This document shows, in pieces, positions 47,300 through 56,128 of a stretch of 64,000 bases of DNA; position 1 is the first letter of the stretch; every line of letters starts with the position of its first letter. A model generated the notes under the pieces. It made no database searches, was not told where the DNA came from, and was given only the letters and a program-made list of their open reading frames with translations. A program made the position numbers and the translations under genes. Source of the stretch: Dehalococcoidales bacterium. GTDB taxonomy: Bacteria; Chloroflexota; Dehalococcoidia; Dehalococcoidales; Fen-1064. The stretch covers positions 204,183-268,182 of the forward strand of contig CP070842.1 of the NCBI GenBank assembly GCA_020342155.1. The letters run 5' to 3'.

Positions 47300-47779
47300 A
47301 TGACCGAGCTCAGTCATGTTAACCCGGAAGGTGAGGCCAGGATGGTTGATGTCAGCCAGAAGGCGGATACCGAACGTGAAGCCGTTGCCAAAGGTAGAGT
47401 GCTCATGAAGCCGGATACCCTGAAGCTGGTCAAAGCCAACGAGATAAAGAAGGGGGATGTCCTGGCGGTGGCGCGGTTGGCCGGCATTACCGCCGCCAAG
47501 CGGACACCCGACCTGATACCGCTCTGCCATACGATACTGCTCGATGATGTTAGTGTCGATTTCGACCTTTCCGGCAACGACTGCATAGAGATTACAGCCC
47601 GGGCGAAGAGCACCGGCAAGACCGGCGTCGAGATGGAGGCGCTGGTGGCTGCCTCGGTAGCTGCTCTGACAATCTACGATATGTGCAAGGCTGTCGACAA
47701 AGGCATGACCCTGAGCGAGATATATCTGGAGAGCAAGACCGGCGGCAAGAGCGGCAGCTACCGTCGAAAAGAGGAGTAG
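47300..47779 (+). CDS. moaC: cyclic pyranopterin monophosphate synthase
   Basis: [21 protein letters not shown] and EMEALVA signatures. Confidence 0.9.
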   Translation: MTELSHVNPEGEARMVDVSQKADTEREAVAKGRVLMKPDTLKLVKANEIKKGDVLAVARLAGITAAKRTPDLIPLCHTILLDDVSVDFDLSGNDCIEITARAKSTGKTGVEMEALVAASVAALTIYDMCKAVDKGMTLSEIYLESKTGGKSGSYRRKEE

Positions 47780-47782
47780 GCC

Positions 47783-48259
47783 GTGTCAATAGAGATAGTG
47801 GAGGCAACCGAATCCCACATTCCCGATATAGTGGAACTCTGGAAAGAGTTTATGGACCACCACAAGGACATCGACCCGCGCTTCCCTGCCAGAGAGGATG
47901 CTCACGTCAGTTTTGAACAACACATCAGAGAGCTAATGGGAACAGAAGATACCCTCGTCCTAGTCGCTCTGGATGAGAGCCGGGTAGTCGGTTTCTCAAT
48001 TTCACAGGTGAACAGTTACCCTCCGATATGGGTGGAAAGCGATAAGCACGGCTTTATTGATACCATGGCAATAACAGCGGATTACCGAAGAAAAGGCATT
48101 GGCGAACATATGCTGGGTAGAATATTCGAGTCGTTCGCCTCACATGGCATAGATAGAATCGAGCTAACGGTGGCCGCCAGGAACGAGGTAGGCTACTCTT
48201 TCTGGAGGAAACACGGCTTCAAGGACTTCTCACACCGGTTGTACCTGCAGAGGGGATAA
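47783..48259 (+). CDS. GNAT family N-acetyltransferase
   Basis: YRRKGIGEHMLGRI motif. GTG start 4 nt after the moaC stop. Confidence 0.65.
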   Translation: MSIEIVEATESHIPDIVELWKEFMDHHKDIDPRFPAREDAHVSFEQHIRELMGTEDTLVLVALDESRVVGFSISQVNSYPPIWVESDKHGFIDTMAITADYRRKGIGEHMLGRIFESFASHGIDRIELTVAARNEVGYSFWRKHGFKDFSHRLYLQRG

Positions 48260-48264
48260 TGAGC

Positions 48265-48768
48265 CTACCGCGTTGCTTCCCTGACTAGGTGCCCTATCTC
48301 CGGCAGGATTATCTTGTCCATCGCTAACGTGGCCGCGTTTAATGAGCCGGGGAAGCAGAGGATGACCTTGCTTTTGATAATTCCGGCTACCGCCCGACTG
48401 AGGATGCTGCCGGTGCCTATCTCCTGGTATGTCAGTTGGCGGAAAAGCTCCCCGAAGCCTTCGAGGCGCTTCTCCAGCATCGGGTCGATGGTATCCACGG
48501 TGACGTCGCGGTGACTCGCCCCGGTACCGCCGCTGGTGATAATGACCTGAAGTCCTTCCTGCCCCACCAGTTCATTTATCTTCGCCCGGATAGCGTCGGC
48601 ATTGTTTTTCAGGATGCCATAGAAGAGTACTTGATGCCCGTTATCGGCCAGCCGCTGCTTGATGAGCTTGCCCGACTCGTCATCCTGTTCAGTGCGGCTG
48701 TCGGAGATGATGATAACGGCACAATTTACGCTCTTTAGAGCACTATGTTTGTGTTCGTGATAGCCCAT
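48265..48768 (-). CDS. moaB: molybdenum cofactor biosynthesis protein B/MogA-family (MoCF_biosynth domain)
   Basis: ISDSR..., TSGGTG...RDVT and PGS motifs. 167 aa. Confidence 0.8.
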   Translation of the reverse strand: MGYHEHKHSALKSVNCAVIIISDSRTEQDDESGKLIKQRLADNGHQVLFYGILKNNADAIRAKINELVGQEGLQVIITSGGTGASHRDVTVDTIDPMLEKRLEGFGELFRQLTYQEIGTGSILSRAVAGIIKSKVILCFPGSLNAATLAMDKIILPEIGHLVREATR

Positions 48769-48841
48769 TTACCTTTAACCTTCCTGACCTTCTCCAGGGA
48801 AAGAGTAATTTATTAAGGTCTCCGTCCCTTTCGCTAGTGCT

Positions 48842-48920
48842 GGCCCCATCCCCTTAATCCCCTTCCCCAGAGGGGAAGGGGAAGATAATTCTAAGAGGGC
48901 TGCGCCCTCTTAAACTCCCC
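48842..48920 (+). repeat. composite GC-rich double-hairpin repeat, copy E3
   Basis: ggccccatccccttaatCCCCTTCCCCagaGGGGAAGGGG...AAGAGGGCtgcGCCCTCTTaaactcccc. Confidence 0.85.
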
Positions 48921-48950
48921 ATTTTTCAAGGACTGTTCTCTACCTCCAGG

Positions 48951-48973
48951 GTTACGCCCCTCTTCAACTCCCC
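48951..48973 (+). repeat. half-module of the AGAGGGG/CCCCTCT hairpin repeat
   Basis: gttacGCCCCTCTTcaactcccc. Only the right arm plus tail is present. Confidence 0.5.
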
Positions 48974-49053
48974 TTTATCTGTGTTCGGGAGCCTGATTTC
49001 TTCGGGTATCTCGCTTTCAATCACCCGCCGCGGCTATACCCCTTCTCCCCTTC

Positions 49054-49114
49054 TGGGGAGTCCAGAGGGGTGGAACCCCTCTTGGCGGGGGATACCAAGG
49101 GGGTGTCCCCCTTG
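49054..49114 (+). repeat. 61-nt double-hairpin repeat, type C, copy 2
   Basis: Two substitutions relative to 38279-38339. Ends 6 nt before the stop of the gene at 49120. Confidence 0.85.
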
Positions 49115-49119
49115 GCGTT

Positions 49120-49683
49120 CTAGAAATGAGGTTTACAGAGAATCTCCCTTATCTTCAGGTCAAAGAAGTCATTGGTGTTGACCGGCTTGACGACAATGGC
49201 CGTATCGGCTCCCCGGCCACTACCGGCGATGGCAATGATGTCCTCGCCGGTCTGCACCAGGCCGGCGTCTGCCGCCATCAGGGTAATCTCGCAGACCACC
49301 TTCATTCCCTGCCCGAATATGCGTAGTGTGTTGGCAATAACATCTCCCAGGAGATACATGTTGAACTTCTTACGCATGGCACCACCGATACCCATAAAGG
49401 CGTGTGTGGTCGTCAGGACAATGCCACCCTTACTCTCGAACTTCTGCCGGTTCTCATCGGTCAGCTCCTGAAAGTTGGGCTCTCTCATGCCGGTAAAGTG
49501 GGTGACGGCAATTATCTTCATCCCCTCGAAGACGTCGACACTCTTCGCGGCCGTACCCCCAACCGTAGTGGCCAACACGATTGTCTTTATCCCCAGTTCC
49601 TCAGCACGCTTTTTGGCGATTCGCAGGGTCTCGTCGGTATTCTCAACTCCCGGGCTCTCAAAATATACTGTCTTTCCTTCCAT
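49120..49683 (-). CDS. pyruvate kinase C-terminal (alpha/beta) domain-like protein
   Basis: 187 aa with ...ENTDETLRIAKKRAEELGIKTIVLATTVGGTA... Stand-alone PK_C-like architecture, recalled from memory. Confidence 0.5.
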   Translation of the reverse strand: MEGKTVYFESPGVENTDETLRIAKKRAEELGIKTIVLATTVGGTAAKSVDVFEGMKIIAVTHFTGMREPNFQELTDENRQKFESKGGIVLTTTHAFMGIGGAMRKKFNMYLLGDVIANTLRIFGQGMKVVCEITLMAADAGLVQTGEDIIAIAGSGRGADTAIVVKPVNTNDFFDLKIREILCKPHF

Positions 49684-49818
49684 CGCTGGCTTCTACCCCC
49701 TTATTTACCTTGTCCGCTTCTCTGTCTGATAGATCAGGCTAATCACTGATAGATTAGCGCCAAATAGAGTCAAAGTCAAAGACAATATGAAGTCCAGACT
49801 GAGACTCAGCAATAATAT

Positions 49819-49847
49819 TTGACACTCCATAATGCCGGTGCTACACT
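49819..49847 (+). promoter_or_regulatory. putative promoter (TTGACA, 17-nt spacer, TACACT) for nadK
   Basis: -35 at 49819-49824 and -10 at 49842-49847. Confidence 0.5.
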
Positions 49848-49900
49848 GCAATTAACCTCACCAATGAACACTCTCACTACTGAAATTACGTGGTACGACT

Positions 49901-50740
49901 GTGAAAAAGATTGGCATTATCTTCCACCCCCTGAATGAGGCCGCCGGTAAGCTGGCCAGGGAGCTGGAGAAGCTCCTTAATACCAAGGACGTATCTACCT
50001 GGCTCTGTTCAGCCTGGGAAGGAGAGTCCGCCAGGGCACAGGTGGACGATACCGACCTGGTGCTAAGCATCGGCGGTGACGGCACGATACTCCGCGCTGC
50101 CCAGGCAATTCTACCGAGGTCGGTACCGATTACAGGAATCAACCTGGGTAACCTCGGCTTTATGACCGAACTCAGTGTTGCTGAGGTGCCAGAGAAGCTG
50201 AACTCCATATTGGCCGGAGAAGGCTGGTTCGACGAGCGCTCGCTACTCGAAGCCGAGTTCCCGGCTACCAGTGAACCGCCCGAGCCACGAAGATTCCATG
50301 CCTTGAACGACATCGTCATTGCTCACGGGGAAATAGCCCGTGTCATCCGCGTAGAAGCGAGCGTCAACGGCGAGCCACTGACCACCTACAAAGCAGACGG
50401 CGTCATTGTATCGACCGCTACCGGCAGCACCGGATATGCACTGGCAGCCGGTGGCCCGATACTGCACCCGCAGGCGAAAGAAATACTGCTGCTGCCGATA
50501 TCACCTCACCTCAGTGCCAGCTACAAACTGGTGCTGCCACCGACATCCACCATAGAGCTACGCACCAGCACCCTCCACTCGGCGGTTTTGACGGTTGATG
50601 GGCACATCAGCATGCCGCTATCGAGCGGTGCTGCTATAACTGTAAAACGCAGTGAAAACACCGTTCGTTTTCTCAGGATTCACCCCGACACCTCACTGTG
50701 GAGCTCCCTGGAGAAACGTCTTAGAGGGAAGCAGGGATAA
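49901..50740 (+). CDS. nadK: NAD+ kinase
   Basis: GGDGT motif (SIGGDGTIL), NLGNLGFMTE and STATGSTGYALAAGGP. Confidence 0.9.
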   Translation: MKKIGIIFHPLNEAAGKLARELEKLLNTKDVSTWLCSAWEGESARAQVDDTDLVLSIGGDGTILRAAQAILPRSVPITGINLGNLGFMTELSVAEVPEKLNSILAGEGWFDERSLLEAEFPATSEPPEPRRFHALNDIVIAHGEIARVIRVEASVNGEPLTTYKADGVIVSTATGSTGYALAAGGPILHPQAKEILLLPISPHLSASYKLVLPPTSTIELRTSTLHSAVLTVDGHISMPLSSGAAITVKRSENTVRFLRIHPDTSLWSSLEKRLRGKQG

Positions 50741-50742
50741 TC

Positions 50743-51222
50743 ATGGAACCAATCGTAGAAAAAGCCACCATCAATGATGCTGAGGAAATGCATCAGCTTA
50801 TCAACTACTTCGCTGGCAAGGACGAGATGCTGCCGAGAGCGCTGAGTGATATTTACGAGAGTATCCGCGACTACCTCGTAGTCAGGCAGGGGGGACGGGT
50901 GACCGGCTGTGCCGCCCTGCACGTCATGTGGTCCGACCTGGCTGAGGTAAAGTCAGTGGCAGTAGCGGAAGATAGCCAGCGACAGGGTATCGGTTCAGGG
51001 CTGGTGGAGGCCTGCCTCAGCGAAGCCCGGCTTCTCGGCCTCCCCACCGTCTTTTGCCTGACCTACAAGCCCGCTTTTTTCCAGAGATTCGGCTTTTCCG
51101 AAGTGGACAAGATGGAGCTACCACGCAAGGTCTGGACGGAGTGCTACCACTGCTCCAAGTTCCCCGACTGTGATGAGGTAGCCCTTATCTGTAACCTGGA
51201 GATGCCTGCCGCCACGGAATGA
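50743..51222 (+). CDS. GNAT N-acetyltransferase, short N-acetylglutamate-synthase-like form with C-terminal Cys cluster
   Basis: QRQGIGSGLVEA motif. C-terminal VWTECYHCSKFPDCDE. Confidence 0.6.
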   Translation: MEPIVEKATINDAEEMHQLINYFAGKDEMLPRALSDIYESIRDYLVVRQGGRVTGCAALHVMWSDLAEVKSVAVAEDSQRQGIGSGLVEACLSEARLLGLPTVFCLTYKPAFFQRFGFSEVDKMELPRKVWTECYHCSKFPDCDEVALICNLEMPAATE

Positions 51223-51243
51223 CCTTCAAAAACGAGAAACGTA

Positions 51244-51936
51244 ATGTTCAACCCAGCATATATAGGCGTGGTGATGATTGGCCTCCTGCACGGGCTAGAG
51301 CCCGGACACGGTTGGCCGGTAGCCATGCTATATTCTGTAAAAAGAAAGAATGCTCTGTTCAGTGCTACGGTTAGTTCAGGCATCATTGGTATAGCACATC
51401 TGGTGTCGTCCATCGCCGTGGTAGTTGTTTACGTCCTGCTCGAGACCTGGCTGGATTTTGATGCCCCATGGCTAAAATACGTAGCGGCGGGACTACTACT
51501 GATACTGGCCTTCCGGATGTGGCGGGAAAAGGTCGATGAAATGGAAAGGCAACACGGCCATCTTCACGATGAAGCGGTCGTAACTAAACACGAACACGAG
51601 CATGAGCACCCGGGTATTGGCAAACACACCCATAAGCACCGGCATCTGGCCGGCGCGGCTATAAGCCTGTGGGGCCTGGCCTCCTTTGCCTTCATACTCG
51701 GTTTCGCCCACGAGGAGGAATTTGCCCTGCTGGCTCTGGTAGCTGGTGGTGTAAATGCCTGGGTGTTGATGCTTGCTTACGGAATAGCAGTACTATTAGG
51801 ACTGATGGCAGTAACCATTCTATGTGTCAAGGTCTACACACACCTTGAACCCAGACTCAAACGTTACGAAAGGTATATCCCCAAGGTAGGTGCTGCTATC
51901 ATGGTCCTGATGGCTATCTTAATAGTCATCTGGTAA
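51244..51936 (+). CDS. nickel/cobalt efflux/transport protein (RcnA/NicO-like) with His-rich loop
   Basis: GLLHGLEPGHGW motif. Loop HGHLHDEAVVTKHEHEHEHPGIGKHTHKHRH. 6 TM. Confidence 0.65.
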   Translation: MFNPAYIGVVMIGLLHGLEPGHGWPVAMLYSVKRKNALFSATVSSGIIGIAHLVSSIAVVVVYVLLETWLDFDAPWLKYVAAGLLLILAFRMWREKVDEMERQHGHLHDEAVVTKHEHEHEHPGIGKHTHKHRHLAGAAISLWGLASFAFILGFAHEEEFALLALVAGGVNAWVLMLAYGIAVLLGLMAVTILCVKVYTHLEPRLKRYERYIPKVGAAIMVLMAILIVIW

Positions 51937-51960
51937 CGGTCTGGTTTTTGGAGGTCTGAT

Positions 51961-52497
51961 TTGGCCGAAGAAAAAACCCTGTCCAGTCGGCAAGTCTTTA
52001 ACGGCGGGCACCTCAGGCTCCGTATTGACACCGTACGTACAGCCGACGGCGGTGAATCCACCCGTGAGATTATCGAGGTGGGGGATGCTGTTGTCGTCAT
52101 CGCGGTTGATGACGACGAAAATATCCTGCTGGTGAGACAGTACCGTAAGGCAGTAGAAATGGAGCTACTGGAGCTACCGGCAGGCAGTATCGACCCCGGC
52201 GAAGACGCCGACACGGCCGTCCGCCGAGAGATGCAGGAGGAGACCGGTTACCTGCCAGGCAAGGTGGAGAGGCTGGGTGGCTTCTACTCAACGCCGGGCT
52301 TCTGCACCGAGTACCTCTATCTCTACCTGGCCACCGAGCTTACCTCCAGCCAGCTTCACGCCGAGGATACAGCCGGCATCAGCCTCGTCCGGATGCCGGT
52401 GTCAGAGATTTCCTCACTGCTTACCTCCGGTAAAATCAAGGACGCCAAAAGCATCGCCGGGTTGCATATGTACCTGGAGCACCGCAAAACCGGATAG
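51961..52497 (+). CDS. NUDIX hydrolase (ADP-ribose pyrophosphatase-like)
   Basis: Nudix box GSIDPGEDADTAVRREMQEETG. TTG start. Confidence 0.75.
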   Translation: MAEEKTLSSRQVFNGGHLRLRIDTVRTADGGESTREIIEVGDAVVVIAVDDDENILLVRQYRKAVEMELLELPAGSIDPGEDADTAVRREMQEETGYLPGKVERLGGFYSTPGFCTEYLYLYLATELTSSQLHAEDTAGISLVRMPVSEISSLLTSGKIKDAKSIAGLHMYLEHRKTG

Positions 52498-52564
52498 CCG
52501 TGATTACAGATATGGTCGTTTTTTCCACGACCGTCTAGAAATAGCGATTAACTGGGGGAGAAAT

Positions 52565-53464
52565 ATGTTAACCGGAGTCCACTTTCTTCTAACCTATTCT
52601 TGCGGTTTTGAGTGTGACCACTGCTTCGTATACAGCAGCCCGCAGGCGAAGGGCACTTTCACCCTGGCGCAAATGGAAAGCGTCTTTGACGAGCTGACCA
52701 GGATGGAAACAGTAAAGCGGGTGTATTTCGAGGGTGGTGAGGCATTTCTCTTCTACCCACTCATGGTCGAGGGTATCAGAATCGCCCGCAGCCGGGGCCT
52801 TGAAGTTGGCATTGTCACCAACTCTTACTGGGCAACGGGTGATAGAGATGCCGAGCTCTGGCTCAGGCCTCTATATGAGATGGGGATTGCCGACCTCAGC
52901 CTGAGCGATGATTCGTTTCACTCCGAGGATGATAAGGAAGGCCCGACCAGTCATGTTCAAGCGGCGGCGGAGAGACTGGGCATGCCCACTGGCGTGATTT
53001 CCATCGACAGGCCCAGTGTTGAGATAAGCGAAGGCGGTGAACAGGACCGGGGAGAGCCCGTCGTCGGTGGCAGCACCATGTTCAGAGGCAGGGCGGTCGA
53101 TAAACTGCTGGAAGGCCTGCCGACACGACCGTGGCAGGAGTTCACAGAGTGCCCCCACGAGGAGCTTAGAAATCCCAAGAGGGTTCACGTTGACCCCTAT
53201 GGCAATGTTCATATTTGCCAGGGGCTGAGCATGGGTAATATGTGGCGGACTCCCCTATCCGAGCTTGTAAAAGCCTATGATTGTAACTCACATCCAATCT
53301 GCCGGCCACTAGTAGAGGGTGGCCCGGCTCTCCTGGCGACAGAATACGGAGTAGAACACGAAGACAGATACGTGGATGCCTGCCACCTCTGTTATGCTGT
53401 CCGAAAGGCGCTCCTGGACAGGTTCCCGGAATACCTGGCACCAAAACAGGTCTACGGGTTATAA
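52565..53464 (+). CDS. radical SAM protein, function unknown
   Basis: LTYSCGFECDHCF (CxxxCxxC). ATG at 52565 with GGGGGAG upstream. The track's longer start at 52277 overlaps the NUDIX gene and has Pro/Ser/Cys-rich junk composition. Confidence 0.65.
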   Translation: MLTGVHFLLTYSCGFECDHCFVYSSPQAKGTFTLAQMESVFDELTRMETVKRVYFEGGEAFLFYPLMVEGIRIARSRGLEVGIVTNSYWATGDRDAELWLRPLYEMGIADLSLSDDSFHSEDDKEGPTSHVQAAAERLGMPTGVISIDRPSVEISEGGEQDRGEPVVGGSTMFRGRAVDKLLEGLPTRPWQEFTECPHEELRNPKRVHVDPYGNVHICQGLSMGNMWRTPLSELVKAYDCNSHPICRPLVEGGPALLATEYGVEHEDRYVDACHLCYAVRKALLDRFPEYLAPKQVYGL

Positions 53465-53472
53465 TCACTCAG

Positions 53473-53944
53473 ATGGCGATAGCAGTTAACCGGCATGGGA
53501 TTGCCCTGCTGGAATACAGCCAGATACCGGAGAACCAACTGGTCTCGGACATCTACAGGCCGTTGCTTATCACCTTTATGGTCATCAGGCACGAACAGAA
53601 TTTCCTGCTGGTTCACCACCGTGAAAGAGATTCCTGGGAGCTACCCGGCGGCCACATCGAAGGCACTGAGAGCGCCCGTGATTGCGCTGCCCGCGAGTTA
53701 TTCGAGGAGACCGGCCAGAGAGTTGACCCCCTTGAGTTCAGGGCTGTCCTGAAGTACCGCGCTGCGCCGGATAACCGCCTGTATTACGGCACGCTCTACT
53801 CAGGGGGAGCTTTCCTCCCCTGCCCCCTTCCGCGAAAACGACGAGATATTACAGATAACGTTCTGGGACGGGAAGACCAACATCGGCTACATCGATGAGA
53901 TAGACAGGACGGTAATAAAGCTAATTCAGGACGGCAGCATCTAG
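53473..53944 (+). pseudogene. NUDIX hydrolase interrupted by a +1 frameshift at a G5 run
   Basis: Nudix box GGHIEGTESARDCAARELFEETG lies in frame 1. The conserved-looking C-terminus FRENDEILQITFWDGKTNIGYIDEIDR... continues in frame 2 to TAG at 53942-53944. The shift lies at or near GGGGG 53803-53807. Confidence 0.6.
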
Positions 53945-54408
53945 CCTGCTGTGATATTCAGGACTTTATCATAAGTCCGGTCGAAGACATCCCCGCCACC
54001 CACGTAGCCACCCCTGGTCTTCTTGAACCGCTTACGGACTTGCTCGGGGGTAAAGCGATAGAAGATGAAGTCGCTGGCGACGCCCTCCGGCCTCAGGAGA
54101 CAGTTCGGCCCCAGCACGACAATCAGCTCATCGAAATCAAGCGGCTCGGGCAGTCGTACCGGCGTACCTACCGGACAGTTGTTAAGCCTGACGGCGACAC
54201 GGGACTTATCGATTTTACCGTCATAGCCGGTGGGCTTTCTCCCCTTGGGTACTTTAAGGCCGTAGACAAGCATGCAGACGTAACGCCCGATGTCACCGAT
54301 GTAGTCCCGCGACTTTATAACACCAAGTTCACTGAGGCCTGTCTGGGCAGAGAAGAACCGCCTTAGTGAATCGGCGACCTCTCTCTCCATTCGCTCCATA
54401 TTAATCAC
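53941..54408 (-). CDS. hypothetical protein
   Basis: 155-aa ORF with plausible coding composition. No motif recognised. Confidence 0.4.
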   Translation of the reverse strand: MINMERMEREVADSLRRFFSAQTGLSELGVIKSRDYIGDIGRYVCMLVYGLKVPKGRKPTGYDGKIDKSRVAVRLNNCPVGTPVRLPEPLDFDELIVVLGPNCLLRPEGVASDFIFYRFTPEQVRKRFKKTRGGYVGGGDVFDRTYDKVLNITAG

Positions 54409-54413
54409 CCGTC

Positions 54414-54755
54414 CTAGCCGAATGAACCGGCCAGCTGGCGTCCGCCGACCAGGTGCATGTGGAGGTGCAGTACATCCTGGCCTCCCTGCCGACCACAGTT
54501 CATCACCACCCGGTAGCCGCTCTCCGAGATGCCTTCACTCCGGGCTAGCCGGTTGGCCACATCCACCATGTGCCCCACCAGCACCGACTTTTCCTCCGGA
54601 AGCTCGGCCAGGGAAGCAATGTGCTCCCCGGGGATAATAAGCACGTGTACCGGCGCCTGGGGATTGATGTCACGGAAGGCGATTACCTCTTCGTCGGTGT
54701 AAATAACATCGGCCGGTATCTCCCCGGCAGCAATCCTGCAGAAAATACAGTCCAT
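54414..54755 (-). CDS. HIT family (histidine triad) nucleotide hydrolase
   Basis: CIFCRI... and HLHMHLVGG histidine triad. Confidence 0.85.
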   Translation of the reverse strand: MDCIFCRIAAGEIPADVIYTDEEVIAFRDINPQAPVHVLIIPGEHIASLAELPEEKSVLVGHMVDVANRLARSEGISESGYRVVMNCGRQGGQDVLHLHMHLVGGRQLAGSFG

Positions 54756-54757
54756 TT

Positions 54758-55327
54758 CTACCTCCCCCGGCGGTACCTGGCCTTGCCCTGCTCAAACACG
54801 TCTCCACCGAAAGCATCGTTGGCTACGATAGCCGGAAAGTCTTCAACGGTCAGTCGCCGGATGGCCTCGGGACCAAGGTCTTCGTAGGCGACTACTTCCG
54901 CCTGCTTGATTGAGCGCGCTATCAGGGCAGCAGCCCCACCGACAGAGACAAGGTAGACACCTTTGTATTGCACGAGCGCCTCCCTCACCGCCTCGGAACG
55001 ATTCCCCTTGCCAATCATAGCACGGAGACCATAAGCCAGCAGCCGTGGAGTATAGGCATCCATGCGGCCACTGGTGGTAGGCCCGATTGAGCCGATAACC
55101 TGTCCCGGTCGTGCCGGTGAAGGCCCGGCGTAGTAGACGGTCTGGCCTCGCGGGTCGAAGAGCAGCTCCTCCCCACTGTCCATTGAATCAATAATCCTCT
55201 TGTGAGCGGCGTCGCGGGCGGTGTAGATAACGCCGGAAATCAATACCCGATTTCCGGCCGTCAGCTTATCAATTACGTCAGGTTCGATTGGGGATTTTAT
55301 GTTAAGTATGTCTTCCGTCATTGTCAT
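54758..55327 (-). CDS. Fe-S hydro-lyase beta subunit (class I fumarate hydratase/tartrate dehydratase, beta)
   Basis: 189 aa. GVIYTARDAAHKR..., GPTTS.RMD and KGNR patterns. Confidence 0.75.
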   Translation of the reverse strand: MTMTEDILNIKSPIEPDVIDKLTAGNRVLISGVIYTARDAAHKRIIDSMDSGEELLFDPRGQTVYYAGPSPARPGQVIGSIGPTTSGRMDAYTPRLLAYGLRAMIGKGNRSEAVREALVQYKGVYLVSVGGAAALIARSIKQAEVVAYEDLGPEAIRRLTVEDFPAIVANDAFGGDVFEQGKARYRRGR

Positions 55328-55388
55328 CTTGTCTCGTTAAATATTTCGTATTCAGGCAAATTGTAACAGTATCATTGATTGGTCGCAA

Positions 55389-56101
55389 TCAGCGACTACA
55401 GAGTTCTTCGATCTTCTCTCGAAACTCGTGCCAACTCCTCACTTCCAGGTATTCGCCGTCTATCTCACCCGTCTTTTCTTCCGGGTTATACCAGACAGGG
55501 TACAGACCGTAATCGATTGCCCCCCTGATATCGTACTCCAGTTTATCCCCGACAAACCAGATATCCTGCGGCTCCAGGCCCATCTTTCTGACGGCAATCT
55601 GGAAAAGACGCCTGTGGGGTTTGCGGAACAAGTAATCGATACTCGATATCAGGAAGGAGAATCTACGGGCCAGGTTATGCTTGGCCAGTTCCTCCTCGAG
55701 GACAGCTCCGGTGAAGCCCGAGTTGCTGAGAATGCCCGTTTTTATCCGGTGCTTGTCCAGTAAGTCGAGCACATCGAAAATACCTTCGCAAGGTACATAC
55801 TCTATAGCAGCATTCCAGAACTCCCTCTCCAGCTCATATGGACTGATGGTAAAGGAAATACCCAGATTCCCATACAGTAATCTCTGGAAACTCTGAATAC
55901 TGTACTCGACCATGAATCCTCTCGTACCTGTAAGGCTTCACGACTGAGCTCTTCGGCGAAGCGTTGGACATCTTCAGCAGTCAGGTCGGTATTGCCCTCA
56001 GCGAATTCCAGCAGCCTCTTATTAGCAGATATCATATCGATTGATTCCAGATGCAGGACTGTATCACCCAGGTCAAAGATTACGCCAGCGGGTCTGCGCA
56101 T
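55389..56101 (-). pseudogene. HAD-superfamily hydrolase split by a frameshift
   Basis: Motif I (VIFDLGDTV) is in ORF 55802-56101. Motifs II-IV (SNS, RKP, GDKLEYD) are in ORF 55389-55913. The span is 713 nt, not divisible by 3. The frames meet near 55913-55920. Confidence 0.6.
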
Positions 56102-56128
56102 GATTCCTCCATATCCAGAGTAGGTGCC

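Noticed and set aside
52277-52564. N-terminal 96-aa extension of the radical SAM ORF (track start at 52277).
   Set aside because: It overlaps the 3' end of the NUDIX gene in another frame and has Pro/Ser/Cys-rich non-protein-like composition. A good SD plus ATG exists at 52565, just before the CxxxCxxC motif.
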